Below are positions 1 through 8,433 of a DNA stretch of 38,635 nt, one piece after another (position 1 is the first letter of the stretch; the number at the start of each line of letters is the position of its first letter). Below the pieces are notes generated by a model. It made no database searches. It was not told where the DNA came from and saw only the letters and a program-made list of their open reading frames with translations. Both the position numbers and the translations under genes were made by a program. The stretch covers positions 1 to 38,635 of IMG/VR virus record IMGVR_UViG_3300028585_000536; one strand, written 5' to 3'. The DNA is from a virus. Lineage: Duplodnaviria > Caudoviricetes.

Positions 1-624
1 AACTACTCCAGGACCGTCATTCCTTCCCTGGATCTCGCGGATTCCATGCGTCCATTCATGCCGAATATGAGTGGTCTGGCTGCCTCCCTTGCTCAGATCC
101 AACCCGCGACTAATTACTTAAAGCTTGCCGTACCCGAGGACGACTCCGACGAAGGCCCGAGTGAGGGGAGCTCGGAATGGTCTGACCACGAAATCGCCAC
201 ATACAGCTTGCCCGAGTCGGAAGACACACCCGAGAACCACGAACTAGCGAAGAATGGGGCCGCCGCCCTATTCCGAATCGAGCGAAGTTCCGCCGACACG
301 CTTCAGGCAGCCCGTCAGCAAAACGAGAATCTCATTGAGTTATCGATCCGCATGGCCGATCAGGTTTCCGCGGTTCAGCGTCTTGGCAATGAAATGCAGA
401 GTCAAACTCGAGCGGTCCACGATCAGACTGGCAAGCACGAAGCTGAATGGAAGAACCAGGCGAATCGGTCTAACGTCCAATCCGCACTGTCCACGATCGC
501 GGTTCTCGTGGCAGCCGCCACGCTGATCTTTACTGCCTGCAGCGACCGTACCGTGCAGGTCGAATTACCAGCGGACTTCCCCTCCGAGATTCCGACCGAG
601 GCGCAGAACAGCACAGACCAATGA
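1..624 (+). CDS. Hypothetical membrane-anchored protein, probably 5'-truncated by the window edge
   Basis: Frame is open from base 1 (NYSRTVIPSLDLADSMRPF...). Coiled-coil-like middle and one hydrophobic segment, ALSTIAVLVAAATLIFTAC. Stop overlaps the next ATG (ATGA). Confidence 0.6.
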   Translation, partial: NYSRTVIPSLDLADSMRPFMPNMSGLAASLAQIQPATNYLKLAVPEDDSDEGPSEGSSEWSDHEIATYSLPESEDTPENHELAKNGAAALFRIERSSADTLQAARQQNENLIELSIRMADQVSAVQRLGNEMQSQTRAVHDQTGKHEAEWKNQANRSNVQSALSTIAVLVAAATLIFTACSDRTVQVELPADFPSEIPTEAQNSTDQ

Positions 625-932
625 CTGCGATTACTGCGGTTACTACCGAACATCCGGAGCCTGGCTACCCGCCCCACTGGGTCCACTTCAAACTTGACCG
701 TCCACTCTTCCGTGAGCGCCTCACGCTCGGTGACCCACCCATCTACTTCCGGGATCTCGTGGTGTCCCACCAGACGGGGTTCCTCGGCGCACCCGAGACC
801 GTCTTGCTCCCCGCGGACAATCGGGGCCAGCCGCTCTCCGGAACGCCGCTCCGCACAGTGGAGGACGAGCACGCCTCGCCCAACGACTTGGTGCTCCACT
901 ACCTCACAAGGCACACCCATCTATTGGGCTAG
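621..932 (+). CDS. Hypothetical phage protein (103 aa)
   Basis: ATGA coupling to the upstream ORF; high-GC3 codon usage. Confidence 0.65.
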   Translation: MTAITAVTTEHPEPGYPPHWVHFKLDRPLFRERLTLGDPPIYFRDLVVSHQTGFLGAPETVLLPADNRGQPLSGTPLRTVEDEHASPNDLVLHYLTRHTHLLG

Positions 933-1614
933 CCGGTGTTGGCCGCATAGGTTCGGAACCCGCACTACCTCCAGGGTTAAAGTGACCGTTGCGAGAGTCG
1001 ACCCCACTATTGCAACCCTCGGCTCCAGGGGTCCTGTTTGTGATGACCAGCCGCACCTCCTGATCACTTAAGTTGTGCTCGAGCAAGAGGCGCTCATACT
1101 CGTTCCCTGCGCGGACCAATTGTTTCTGCGCATGATCCTCACAAGCTTGGCGACCACCGACGTCCGAAACGAAATCTTTTACGATCAAGAGCAATCCGAT
1201 AACAACTAGTAGTATCAACAAAATAAAAGCGGCATCGAAGATCCATATGAACCACGCTTCCCCTTCCCCGTCCGGGTTATCGACGAAGAGTCGACTCGCA
1301 GCTATCAAACTCGCACCTAAGAACGTTCTGCCCCAGGTAGCCGCTAGGCGGTCTGACTTGCCCCCGTTGACGCGGCGGCGCGTAGCAATTGCGGCTTTCA
1401 CAGCCGTGTCGTCTAAAAGCACGCGAGCCGCGGCCACATTTTCGGGCACTGCAGGAGCCTGAATGATCACAAGTTGCGGATGTACATGTGGCGGCTCGAA
1501 CCGAATTTGGTCGTATATCTCGTGACGAAGGTTGCTGTTCCGGGTTTTTTCTGTGAATCCTCGCATCGTAAAAGTATTTTTCCTTCCACTCACAAATATC
1601 TTCGAATTCGACAT
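904..1614 (-). CDS. Hypothetical membrane protein, low-GC cargo gene
   Basis: 236-aa ORF with hydrophobic segments (FIWIFDAAFILLILLVVIGLLLIV). Visibly AT-richer than its flanks and on the opposite strand. Confidence 0.65.
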   Translation of the reverse strand: MSNSKIFVSGRKNTFTMRGFTEKTRNSNLRHEIYDQIRFEPPHVHPQLVIIQAPAVPENVAAARVLLDDTAVKAAIATRRRVNGGKSDRLAATWGRTFLGASLIAASRLFVDNPDGEGEAWFIWIFDAAFILLILLVVIGLLLIVKDFVSDVGGRQACEDHAQKQLVRAGNEYERLLLEHNLSDQEVRLVITNRTPGAEGCNSGVDSRNGHFNPGGSAGSEPMRPTPASPIDGCAL

Positions 1615-1644
1615 TTAGGATTATTGCCTCAAATCACTCCAGGC

Positions 1645-1679
1645 ACGTCCCCCGGTTTCAAGTTGGAGTCGAGAAAACT
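1645..1679 (+). promoter_or_regulatory. Phage promoter motif copy (GTCCCCC at 1647, AAAACT at 1674, leaderless ATG at 1687)
   Basis: Same box-to-hexamer (+27) and box-to-start (+40) spacing as the other copies. Confidence 0.55.
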
Positions 1680-1686
1680 CAGCCGC

Positions 1687-2067
1687 ATGACCGACACCAT
1701 CAGCCTGTTCATCCCGAAGCCCGACGAGTGGATCAACGCGAACCAAAAGCTTCACTGGGCGGTGAAGAACAGCCGGGTCCAGACGTGGCGTGACACAGCC
1801 TGCTACCTGGCCCGGCAGGCGAAGCTGCCACAGTTGGCCCTTCCGGCGTCGGTGAACGCGTACATCATCAAAGACAGGGGCAGTCGCTATGACCCGAACA
1901 ACCTGGCCGACACCACGAAGGCCTGCATCGACGGGCTGGTCGACGCGGGGGTGCTCCCCGATGACAGCTGGCAAGAGCTGATCGGACCCGACCACCGGCA
2001 CGGCGGCAAAGGCCGACCGGGGATTATCTTCGAGTTCCGCCACCTCAACGGCTCGGTATTAACCTGA
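1687..2067 (+). CDS. RusA-like Holliday junction resolvase
   Basis: NANQKLHW...RYDPNNLADTTKACIDGLVDAGVLPDDS matches the RusA D-x-x-N...K...D...G...DD pattern. Start set at ATG 1687 rather than 1474. Confidence 0.85.
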   Translation: MTDTISLFIPKPDEWINANQKLHWAVKNSRVQTWRDTACYLARQAKLPQLALPASVNAYIIKDRGSRYDPNNLADTTKACIDGLVDAGVLPDDSWQELIGPDHRHGGKGRPGIIFEFRHLNGSVLT

Positions 2068-2079
2068 CCCCGTATGGCA

Positions 2080-2110
2080 TTGATTTACCCCCGCGATCCG
2101 ATATAGTTAG
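2080..2110 (+). promoter_or_regulatory. Putative sigma70/SigA-type promoter (TTGATT-16-TATAGT)
   Basis: AT-rich intergenic patch directly upstream of the coupled small-gene operon starting at 2145. Confidence 0.5.
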
Positions 2111-2144
2111 TGCTGTCAGTAACACCAGCAAGACAGGACCAACT

Positions 2145-2288
2145 ATGCCCGGAAAGACCACCCCGTCCGTGGTCGAGGTCGACCCAGACAGGAACGGCCA
2201 CGACGACCCAGGCTCCTCGCCCGAAGAGCACATCGCCATCCTCGACCGTGAAGTCAAAGCCTTCTACGCCATGCGGAGGAAGGGATGA
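2145..2288 (+). CDS. Small hypothetical protein (47 aa, MPGKTTPSVVEVDPD...AMRRKG), not in the ORF track
   Basis: AGGA upstream of the ATG; stop overlaps the next ATG (ATGA at 2285). Confidence 0.6.
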   Translation: MPGKTTPSVVEVDPDRNGHDDPGSSPEEHIAILDREVKAFYAMRRKG

Positions 2289-2566
2289 GTCTTCTCATCA
2301 TCAGGTGGCCCATCCTCAATGACCATCAGACTCTCGCCAGCCTCAAGGCTGAAGCGCGTGAGGACCTTGGCGTCCATTTCGAAGCGCACGGGCTACGGCT
2401 CCAAGCCGAACCCTCATGGCGGGTACTCCACGGTCGCACCGCCTACCTCGAAGCCCAGGCGCCAGTGACCGAGAAGTACCGACTCACCGGCCTCCCCTCG
2501 TTCAACACCCTGGACCAGTACGCGGACTGGCACCAATCAGCCTCCACCCTCGCGGCGGCAGCATGA
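2285..2566 (+). CDS. Hypothetical phage protein (93 aa)
   Basis: GGAGG RBS; ATGA coupling at both ends. Confidence 0.7.
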   Translation: MSLLIIRWPILNDHQTLASLKAEAREDLGVHFEAHGLRLQAEPSWRVLHGRTAYLEAQAPVTEKYRLTGLPSFNTLDQYADWHQSASTLAAAA

Positions 2567-2922
2567 GCACCGACCCCAAGGTGGACCGGATCGTGTTGCG
2601 CGTCAGCATCTGGGTACTCATCGGCCTAGCGCTCGTCACCGCCGCGGCACTCACCTACGCCCACAACGTCCAACAGACCGCCCACGCAACCCCCACGGTC
2701 GAAGACCCTCGCCTCGCAGCGATCGACACCTCAGACCGCACCCACTCGCTCTACCAAGAGCTCGTCGAGATCTCCGCAGACAGCATCACGGCCGCCGGCG
2801 ACTGGAGCACCACCACCCTCACCGACAACGCGCAACGCGCAACCGAACTCGACACCGAACTGGCACAAGCATTCGACGACTACGACACCCACGCCGCGAA
2901 CTGCCGAGATGACAACCGATGA
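2563..2922 (+). CDS. Hypothetical membrane-anchored protein (MSTDPKVDRIVLRVSIWVLIGLALV...)
   Basis: Start at the ATGA overlap at 2563; N-terminal TM helix. Confidence 0.7.
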   Translation: MSTDPKVDRIVLRVSIWVLIGLALVTAAALTYAHNVQQTAHATPTVEDPRLAAIDTSDRTHSLYQELVEISADSITAAGDWSTTTLTDNAQRATELDTELAQAFDDYDTHAANCRDDNR

Positions 2923-3308
2923 CGCACTACGAGCGGACGAACCCTAAAGCGAGGAAGCCCCATCGCTGCGGTTCCTGTCTCCGGACCATCCAGCCTGGGG
3001 AGACCTACCTGCGCGGGGTCGGGATGGAAGGTGGCTCCGCGTGGACCTGGAAAGAATGCGGCCACTGCGAACGCCTCTCAGAGTTCGTGGTCAGGCTCCA
3101 TGGCCTCGACGAGTACGGCGGCGAAGACCTACACGACTGGGACCCCGACGGACTGGCAGAGCTCCGGGTCAAGGTTCATTTCCGGAAGCGGTGGACACGG
3201 CAGGACGGCACGCTCTTCCCGCTGCCCGGGCAGGTCACGGGGAGACAAGACCTCGGTCACGGGTTCAGCATCACCCGTGTTGTCGGCATCCTTCCCGGGG
3301 CCACCTGA
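2919..3308 (+). CDS. Zn-ribbon phage protein
   Basis: KARKPHRCGSC...IQPGETY...WKECGHC: two CxxC pairs; coupled start. Confidence 0.75.
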   Translation: MTHYERTNPKARKPHRCGSCLRTIQPGETYLRGVGMEGGSAWTWKECGHCERLSEFVVRLHGLDEYGGEDLHDWDPDGLAELRVKVHFRKRWTRQDGTLFPLPGQVTGRQDLGHGFSITRVVGILPGAT

Positions 3309-3571
3309 TGGACACCCGATACCAACGTGTCGAGCTGCCGCGCGGTGGCTCCTGGCCCCGCCCATCACTCGCCACCGACACCACCCCAGGGTTGTTCCAC
3401 AAACTCACACAAGGACCACCAGAAGCACTCACCCAAGGTGAGCTTCTCTTCGCCGGATCCATCATCCGAGCCTATGAATACCTCATCTCCGAACTCACCC
3501 CAGAAGCCGCAGCCGAGGTCAACCACCAGATGACACAAGCACTCCGAAAGGAACAAGACGACTCAAGATGA
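3308..3571 (+). CDS. Hypothetical phage protein (87 aa, MDTRYQRVELP...)
   Basis: TGATG coupling at 3306-3310. Confidence 0.65.
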   Translation: MDTRYQRVELPRGGSWPRPSLATDTTPGLFHKLTQGPPEALTQGELLFAGSIIRAYEYLISELTPEAAAEVNHQMTQALRKEQDDSR

Positions 3572-3599
3572 CCACCACCCAAGTTTCCATGAGCAGGGC

Positions 3600-4298
3600 C
3601 TATTCCACGCTAGCGTCGTCGGAACCGGACATTATGGCGACGTACCTGGACCTGAGGCTGTTTTCAACCTCCGAAACCCGCTCCAAGAATGCTGACTCGC
3701 CAAGATGAGGGAAGTCCACCAGGGCAATCTCGACGTCGTCGAACATCTTGTTCTTCACTTCGTCCACCTGCGGTTTGCGAGGGTGATCTTCGAGGATGCC
3801 CCATTCATTCGGTCGCTTCGGCCTCGCCAGACTGGCTGGATCATTCTTGATCTGATCGACGACGCGCGTGAGCGCGTCGCGAACCTCTGTTCGCCGGTCG
3901 GACCACATAACCAGTTTTGTTACGGCGGCGTGGATCGACCCCAACATCGCCTCGTGCGTATCCCTCCAATCCATCCTTGCAAAACCGGATGGCGCCGTTG
4001 GCCCGAACTGCGAACGGTAGTCACGCAAGCGATTGTGCAATTCAAGACTTGCCTCCGCCTGTTCCTTAAGGAACAGCCGTTTCGCAGCTGCGTCATTGGA
4101 TGCCTCCTGGCGTCTGAGCGCAGCGTCGTTGGATTGCACCAATCTCTCGAGTGCATCCGCGCTATCTCGTTTGCGCACATAGAAGGACACGATGGCCGTG
4201 AGTGCGCCACCCACGAGTGCCCCCAACAATCCAGAGCCAGCATTGGAGCTTATGACGTTGACCGACCATTCCCCGAAAACTTGCATCCACTCTGGCAT
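3600..4298 (-). CDS. Hypothetical protein with N-terminal TM anchor, cargo gene
   Basis: 232 aa; GLLGALVGGALTAIVSFYV followed by a basic stretch and a helical domain. TACGAT box 6 nt before the ATG. Confidence 0.75.
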   Translation of the reverse strand: MPEWMQVFGEWSVNVISSNAGSGLLGALVGGALTAIVSFYVRKRDSADALERLVQSNDAALRRQEASNDAAAKRLFLKEQAEASLELHNRLRDYRSQFGPTAPSGFARMDWRDTHEAMLGSIHAAVTKLVMWSDRRTEVRDALTRVVDQIKNDPASLARPKRPNEWGILEDHPRKPQVDEVKNKMFDDVEIALVDFPHLGESAFLERVSEVENSLRSRYVAIMSGSDDASVE

Positions 4299-4366
4299 GA
4301 ACCGATCGTAAGCGCTTTAAGTGCTGAGACTGTCCACCCGATTTTTGAACCAAAGGAGCACGCATC

Positions 4367-4825
4367 ATGGGATACACCGTCTACCAAGACCCCACTCCGA
4401 ACCCCTGGGCAGGCTACGGAGTGCGCGCCCCTTGTGAAGTGACCGGCTGCGATGAGCAGATCGACCGGGGCATGGCCTGGGAATGCGAGACCGTCCACGA
4501 GTGTAAGTACCTGCTCAACGGGGTGGAGGTCGGCCCCACCGAAGAGTGGGATGAGGAGATCGAACGTGAGGAAGAAGGCTGCTACCTGTTCTTCTGCTCC
4601 GCCCACGAAGGTCACCGTCTCCACCATGACGCCCAGCCGAAGCCGGATTCCCTGGAGTGGGAAGCACGCATGCTCACCGACGAATCCTGGGAGCAGTGGC
4701 GGACAGAGAACCCGACGAAGGTAGCGGCAATGGAGCGACGCGCGGGGCTAGACGAGAGTCATCTCCGTGAACAGAGAACGAGTGTCAGTAACCCTCTGGA
4801 GGATCGACGGCGTAATCGATACTGA
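4367..4825 (+). CDS. Cys/His-rich hypothetical phage protein
   Basis: AAGGAG RBS; AGYGVRAPCEVTGCDEQIDRG...GCYLFFCSAH suggests Zn ligands. Confidence 0.75.
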   Translation: MGYTVYQDPTPNPWAGYGVRAPCEVTGCDEQIDRGMAWECETVHECKYLLNGVEVGPTEEWDEEIEREEEGCYLFFCSAHEGHRLHHDAQPKPDSLEWEARMLTDESWEQWRTENPTKVAAMERRAGLDESHLREQRTSVSNPLEDRRRNRY

Positions 4826-5195
4826 GGATCTGGTCGCTCACATTCATCCGGTGATATTCAGTTCCGAGCGTCCTCAGGTAGATGCTGAAGGTCCGGCCTT
4901 GACCAACCTCCTTGGCGGTGATGGTCCAATCGAAAACCGCCTCTTCACCATCGCTCACTACCTGCGCTGGAGGCTCCCCTTTACGGCCCATGATCCCTCT
5001 CCGAAAGGAGATCTCCATCTTCCGACCCTTGGGATCGGATGCCTTCACCCGCATCTGGATCTTGTCGCCTGGTCGGAGCGTTGGGGTTTCAAACTTGATG
5101 CTCCGATTGTTGGTGTCCCTAACCAGATCCTCTCGTGAGTTTCCCTTGTCATCGGAGAAACTCACGAACGACGGGTAGTGAGTAAGTTCATCCAT
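4785..5195 (-). CDS. Hypothetical beta-rich (Ig-like) protein, cargo gene
   Basis: 136 aa with alternating beta-strand pattern (LRPGDKIQMRVKASDPKGR, VFDWTIT, FSIYLRT). Confidence 0.65.
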   Translation of the reverse strand: MDELTHYPSFVSFSDDKGNSREDLVRDTNNRSIKFETPTLRPGDKIQMRVKASDPKGRKMEISFRRGIMGRKGEPPAQVVSDGEEAVFDWTITAKEVGQGRTFSIYLRTLGTEYHRMNVSDQILSIDYAVDPPEGY

Positions 5196-5299
5196 TTTGA
5201 AACAACCTTGCTGTCGGGTGCGTGGTTTGTATCACTCTACCGATAGCAACGGATCGAAAGCATGCCACCTGAAAGCCGACCACCTAAGGAGACCGCCCG

Positions 5300-5650
5300 A
5301 TGAATCAACCACACACACTCACCCTCTACGGCCGTCAGATCGAGCTGGAACCGCTCGCCCCTGATGAAGAAGTGGTCGACGTCGTCGTTGTGGTGAAGAC
5401 TCGCCACGCTGGCAGTGACAGCTCCACCGTGGCCGTCGCCAACCGACCGGGATCCTCAGAGCCACCACGGATGAGCAGCGACCTCCGGTACCTCATGAAC
5501 CTCGGCCTCACGCAGGCGGACATCGCTGACCGGACAGGGCGCACAGAGACCGCGATCCGGCGTGAGATCGAAGACGAAGGGGCCACGCGTAAGAAGAGGT
5601 CCCCAGCTTCTAGACCAGCAGGTGACAACCCCCACTCACTCTCGAGGTAG
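5300..5650 (+). CDS. HTH-containing DNA-binding protein
   Basis: AAGGAG RBS; LMNLGLTQADIADRTGRTETAIRREI is an HTH signature. Confidence 0.7.
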   Translation: MNQPHTLTLYGRQIELEPLAPDEEVVDVVVVVKTRHAGSDSSTVAVANRPGSSEPPRMSSDLRYLMNLGLTQADIADRTGRTETAIRREIEDEGATRKKRSPASRPAGDNPHSLSR

Positions 5651-5689
5651 CAAATGCGTAAGCTTCCGGCGCATCCGCGAACTCGAAGG

Positions 5690-6640
5690 CTAAGGCCGCA
5701 GGACAGGCGGGACCTGCGTACAACTCACGACGAGACCAAGCTGCTGGAGTCGCTCAATGAGATCAGAATTCGGCGAAGGATCGACGACGAACACTTCAGC
5801 TCCCTTCGGCAAAGAAGTTAGAACCACGTCAATTTCCTCACGATCGCAAGGAGCATAGGAGAGACCAACGATGACGCAGGTGCTCCACCGCGATCCCGTC
5901 GCGTGGATCCACTGCTCTCCTGGGCTTACCCACTGAAAATTGCGGTACCGGCTACGTTCCGTGGGAACAACTACATCTGCTTGGAGACGCGGCCGCGTCC
6001 ATTCATTTCGAGAGACCCGCTCTAATGACATGTCGTTGTCGCGGACCAAGTTTCGAAGCGGATAGGAGTGCCTAAGCCCCTCGATCTGACCTCTAGTGGG
6101 GCGATAGTCAAGTGAACCGTGGGGTTTCCACAGGAAGGCGCGCTGCTGCCTCGCAGACATAAGCCACTGGTCTGGAAAGTCAGGTATCCCCGGTGTGACC
6201 CATGGGACACCTGCTCGGGCGACCAGGCGTTCAACCACCAGGTCGTAGTTGAGCGAAACGATGCCTCCTAGTCGATCCGAGTTGTCGTCGAAGAACGGCC
6301 ACCATCGCCATTCATCGAGCGGGAGGCTGTCCACCACGCGTTGGTACATGGAGAACGCCATCACGAGGTAGTGCCGCAACTCCACGACCGGAAAAGCGTC
6401 CAGGGAGCCGTCCGACTCTACGAGTTTGGTCATGCGCTCAAAGTCAGACCCGTCGAAACCATCAAGAGCTTGGAATGCTCGAGGGAAAAGATCCCGAAGC
6501 GGCTTGCGGTACTCAGGGTGCACGAGTCCCCACGCCAAGGGGCTGCGCGTGTCCCACTCGTCTAGCTCTAGTTCAAAGTGGGCACGCAGATCCATCGAGA
6601 ACCCGTTGCCAACTAGCATCAGAAGATCGCACCCTGCCAT
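5690..6640 (-). CDS. SIR2-like / AbiH-like protein, candidate anti-phage NADase
   Basis: Motifs LVGNGFS, SLNYDLVVE, KPHGSL, VVVPT, IVGLSYAPCD and VFVVDP follow the order seen in SIR2_2/AbiH proteins. Confidence 0.8.
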   Translation of the reverse strand: MAGCDLLMLVGNGFSMDLRAHFELELDEWDTRSPLAWGLVHPEYRKPLRDLFPRAFQALDGFDGSDFERMTKLVESDGSLDAFPVVELRHYLVMAFSMYQRVVDSLPLDEWRWWPFFDDNSDRLGGIVSLNYDLVVERLVARAGVPWVTPGIPDFPDQWLMSARQQRAFLWKPHGSLDYRPTRGQIEGLRHSYPLRNLVRDNDMSLERVSRNEWTRPRLQADVVVPTERSRYRNFQWVSPGEQWIHATGSRWSTCVIVGLSYAPCDREEIDVVLTSLPKGAEVFVVDPSPNSDLIERLQQLGLVVSCTQVPPVLRP

Positions 6641-6850
6641 GGCCTAAACCATATCTTCTGCAGTTGCAGTCCCTATCGCTACCCTCGTTGTGGCCGAGAC
6701 TGTCGGAGTGAGACAAAGCATTAGGAACGCGGACTCGGCTGGCCCACCCGAACGGGAGACACGCGGACACTGAGGAGCGCCGTAATGGCTCCTATTTGGT
6801 ACCGTATGGGATGTCAGGCCACTCCACCCTTCCCCCCTTTGTGAGGCCCT

Positions 6851-7549
6851 GTGTCATCCCGCCAGCTCTGCCCAGCCTGCTCCCAACGAGAAGCCCGACT
6901 CATCGACCCCCACTGCCTCATCTGTGACGGCACCGGAATCATGTGGCTCGGCGACCCGGCTCTCACCCTCTACCCCGCCGCCGTCGTCGCCGAGGCCGTA
7001 GACATCACCCTCGAAGCCGCCGCCCGCCTCGGAGACACCGGCGGCACACTCTCCGATGACCGGCTCAACCACGTCCGCGCCGCACTCCTGGCCCTGAGGG
7101 ACGCAGGGGTCCTCGACCCGGAGTGCACCACCCTCACCCACGCCACGGCCCCCATGACCCGTGCTAAATGCTCCGCCGTCGAGCTTGCAGAAGGGGTGCT
7201 TCAAGAACCGATCCTGCCACTGGACAGCGTCCTCGCCCGGGCAGCGCCTTACGAGTACTCGGAGGACGATCGTCCGGGACAGCGCGGGCTACCTGTCCTT
7301 TCCCAGAACGGGCACCCGTCGCACCTCGCTAGGCTCTGTGATCCCAGGGATCCATACATGGACACGCCTGCGGATGTGCGCCGACGACGTAGGAAGAACC
7401 GGCAAGGCACCGTGCTCGCGGAAGCCGTGAAGCATATGGCTGCGCTCCCCTACCGTGGCCGGAACCGTCAAACCGTGGGCCAGCTGGAGCTGATCTCACC
7501 TGACACGCTCAGCGCATGCACGCAGCAGCAAGAGAAAGCAGCCGCCTAG
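6851..7549 (+). CDS. Zn-finger hypothetical protein upstream of the packaging genes (possible late-gene regulator)
   Basis: N-terminal CPAC...CLICDGTG and a basic C-terminal patch, RRRRRKNR. GAGG before the GTG. Function inferred from position only. Confidence 0.65.
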   Translation: MSSRQLCPACSQREARLIDPHCLICDGTGIMWLGDPALTLYPAAVVAEAVDITLEAAARLGDTGGTLSDDRLNHVRAALLALRDAGVLDPECTTLTHATAPMTRAKCSAVELAEGVLQEPILPLDSVLARAAPYEYSEDDRPGQRGLPVLSQNGHPSHLARLCDPRDPYMDTPADVRRRRRKNRQGTVLAEAVKHMAALPYRGRNRQTVGQLELISPDTLSACTQQQEKAAA

Positions 7550-7567
7550 GGCCGGAGACTTGCCCGA

Positions 7568-7840
7568 TCAGGCTTTACCCGTGCGCTGCAGGCGGTTAGC
7601 AATCCAAGGATCAATGGTGGATCGGCGCCAGGCCACTGACGTGTTCCGGGCGTGCTTCACCGGAGACCGGAACGGTTCGGGCAACGGGGCGCGACCCTCG
7701 GATGGCGGCAGATCAAAGCGGCCGGGCTTGCCCTCACGGCGTCGCTTATCGGTCCTGGCTTTTTCCACCTGCAGGTACCGGACCGACACGTCGATCCGTT
7801 GAGCCACTTCAGGCAGGGTCACCATCTCTGATCCACTCAT
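7568..7840 (-). CDS. AlpA/excisionase-like winged-HTH protein
   Basis: MVTLPEVAQRIDVSVRYL...LPEP...SVAWRRSTIDPWI resembles AlpA/Xis. Start is probably ATG 7840 rather than 7945. Confidence 0.7.
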   Translation of the reverse strand: MSGSEMVTLPEVAQRIDVSVRYLQVEKARTDKRRREGKPGRFDLPPSEGRAPLPEPFRSPVKHARNTSVAWRRSTIDPWIANRLQRTGKA

Positions 7841-7870
7841 AACGACGCTAACTATATCAATCATTCGGGG

Positions 7871-7905
7871 CCGTCCCCCAGGAACGTCCACCGTCGGCGG
7901 ATCAT
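7871..7905 (+). promoter_or_regulatory. Phage late-promoter motif copy before terS
   Basis: CCGTCCCCCA (G at 7873) and GATCAT at 7900; leader with GGAGG RBS follows. Confidence 0.7.
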
Positions 7906-7944
7906 CACCCACACGAGACACCGAGACGACACCACGGAGGAACA

Positions 7945-8430
7945 ATGGGGCAGGCCCGCAGGAGAGCCACCAAGGCCGAAATGCTGCAGAAGAAGAAACG
8001 GGCGATGGACCTGCTCGCCCTCGGCCACACCTACCAAGAGATCGCCGACGACATCGGTTACGCCAACCGCTCCGCAGCCCGTGGACTCATCGAAACCGAA
8101 CTCAAAGCCGAAGTCAACGAATCCGCGCGCGGCGTCCGCATGCTCCGCGCCCAGGAACTCCTCAGCCTCCAGCAGATCGAAGCCAAGCTCCTACCCGTCA
8201 TCCTCAATTCGAACCTCTCCGAGATGCCCGGGAAGATGCTCTACCCCTACCTGGAGACCATCGACCGGATCGTCAAGATCAAAGAGCGCCGCGCCAAAAT
8301 GCTCGGCCTCGATGAATCAGAAGAAGTCCAGCTCACCGGAGGCGGGCAGATCCAGGTCATCATCGACGGCCAAGTCGTGGAGAAGAAACGCAGCGAGGTC
8401 GAAGTTGAAGTGCCTTCGAACGACAGGTGA
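7945..8430 (+). CDS. terS: Terminase small subunit (HTH)
   Basis: LGHTYQEIADDIGY HTH and ERRAKMLGLD motif; immediately upstream of TerL. Confidence 0.85.
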   Translation: MGQARRRATKAEMLQKKKRAMDLLALGHTYQEIADDIGYANRSAARGLIETELKAEVNESARGVRMLRAQELLSLQQIEAKLLPVILNSNLSEMPGKMLYPYLETIDRIVKIKERRAKMLGLDESEEVQLTGGGQIQVIIDGQVVEKKRSEVEVEVPSNDR

Positions 8431-8433
8431 CCA

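Noticed and set aside
5599-5631. GTCCCCAG as a further promoter-motif copy
   Set aside because: The +27 hexamer is CAACCC (no final T), and no start or gene follows at +39/40
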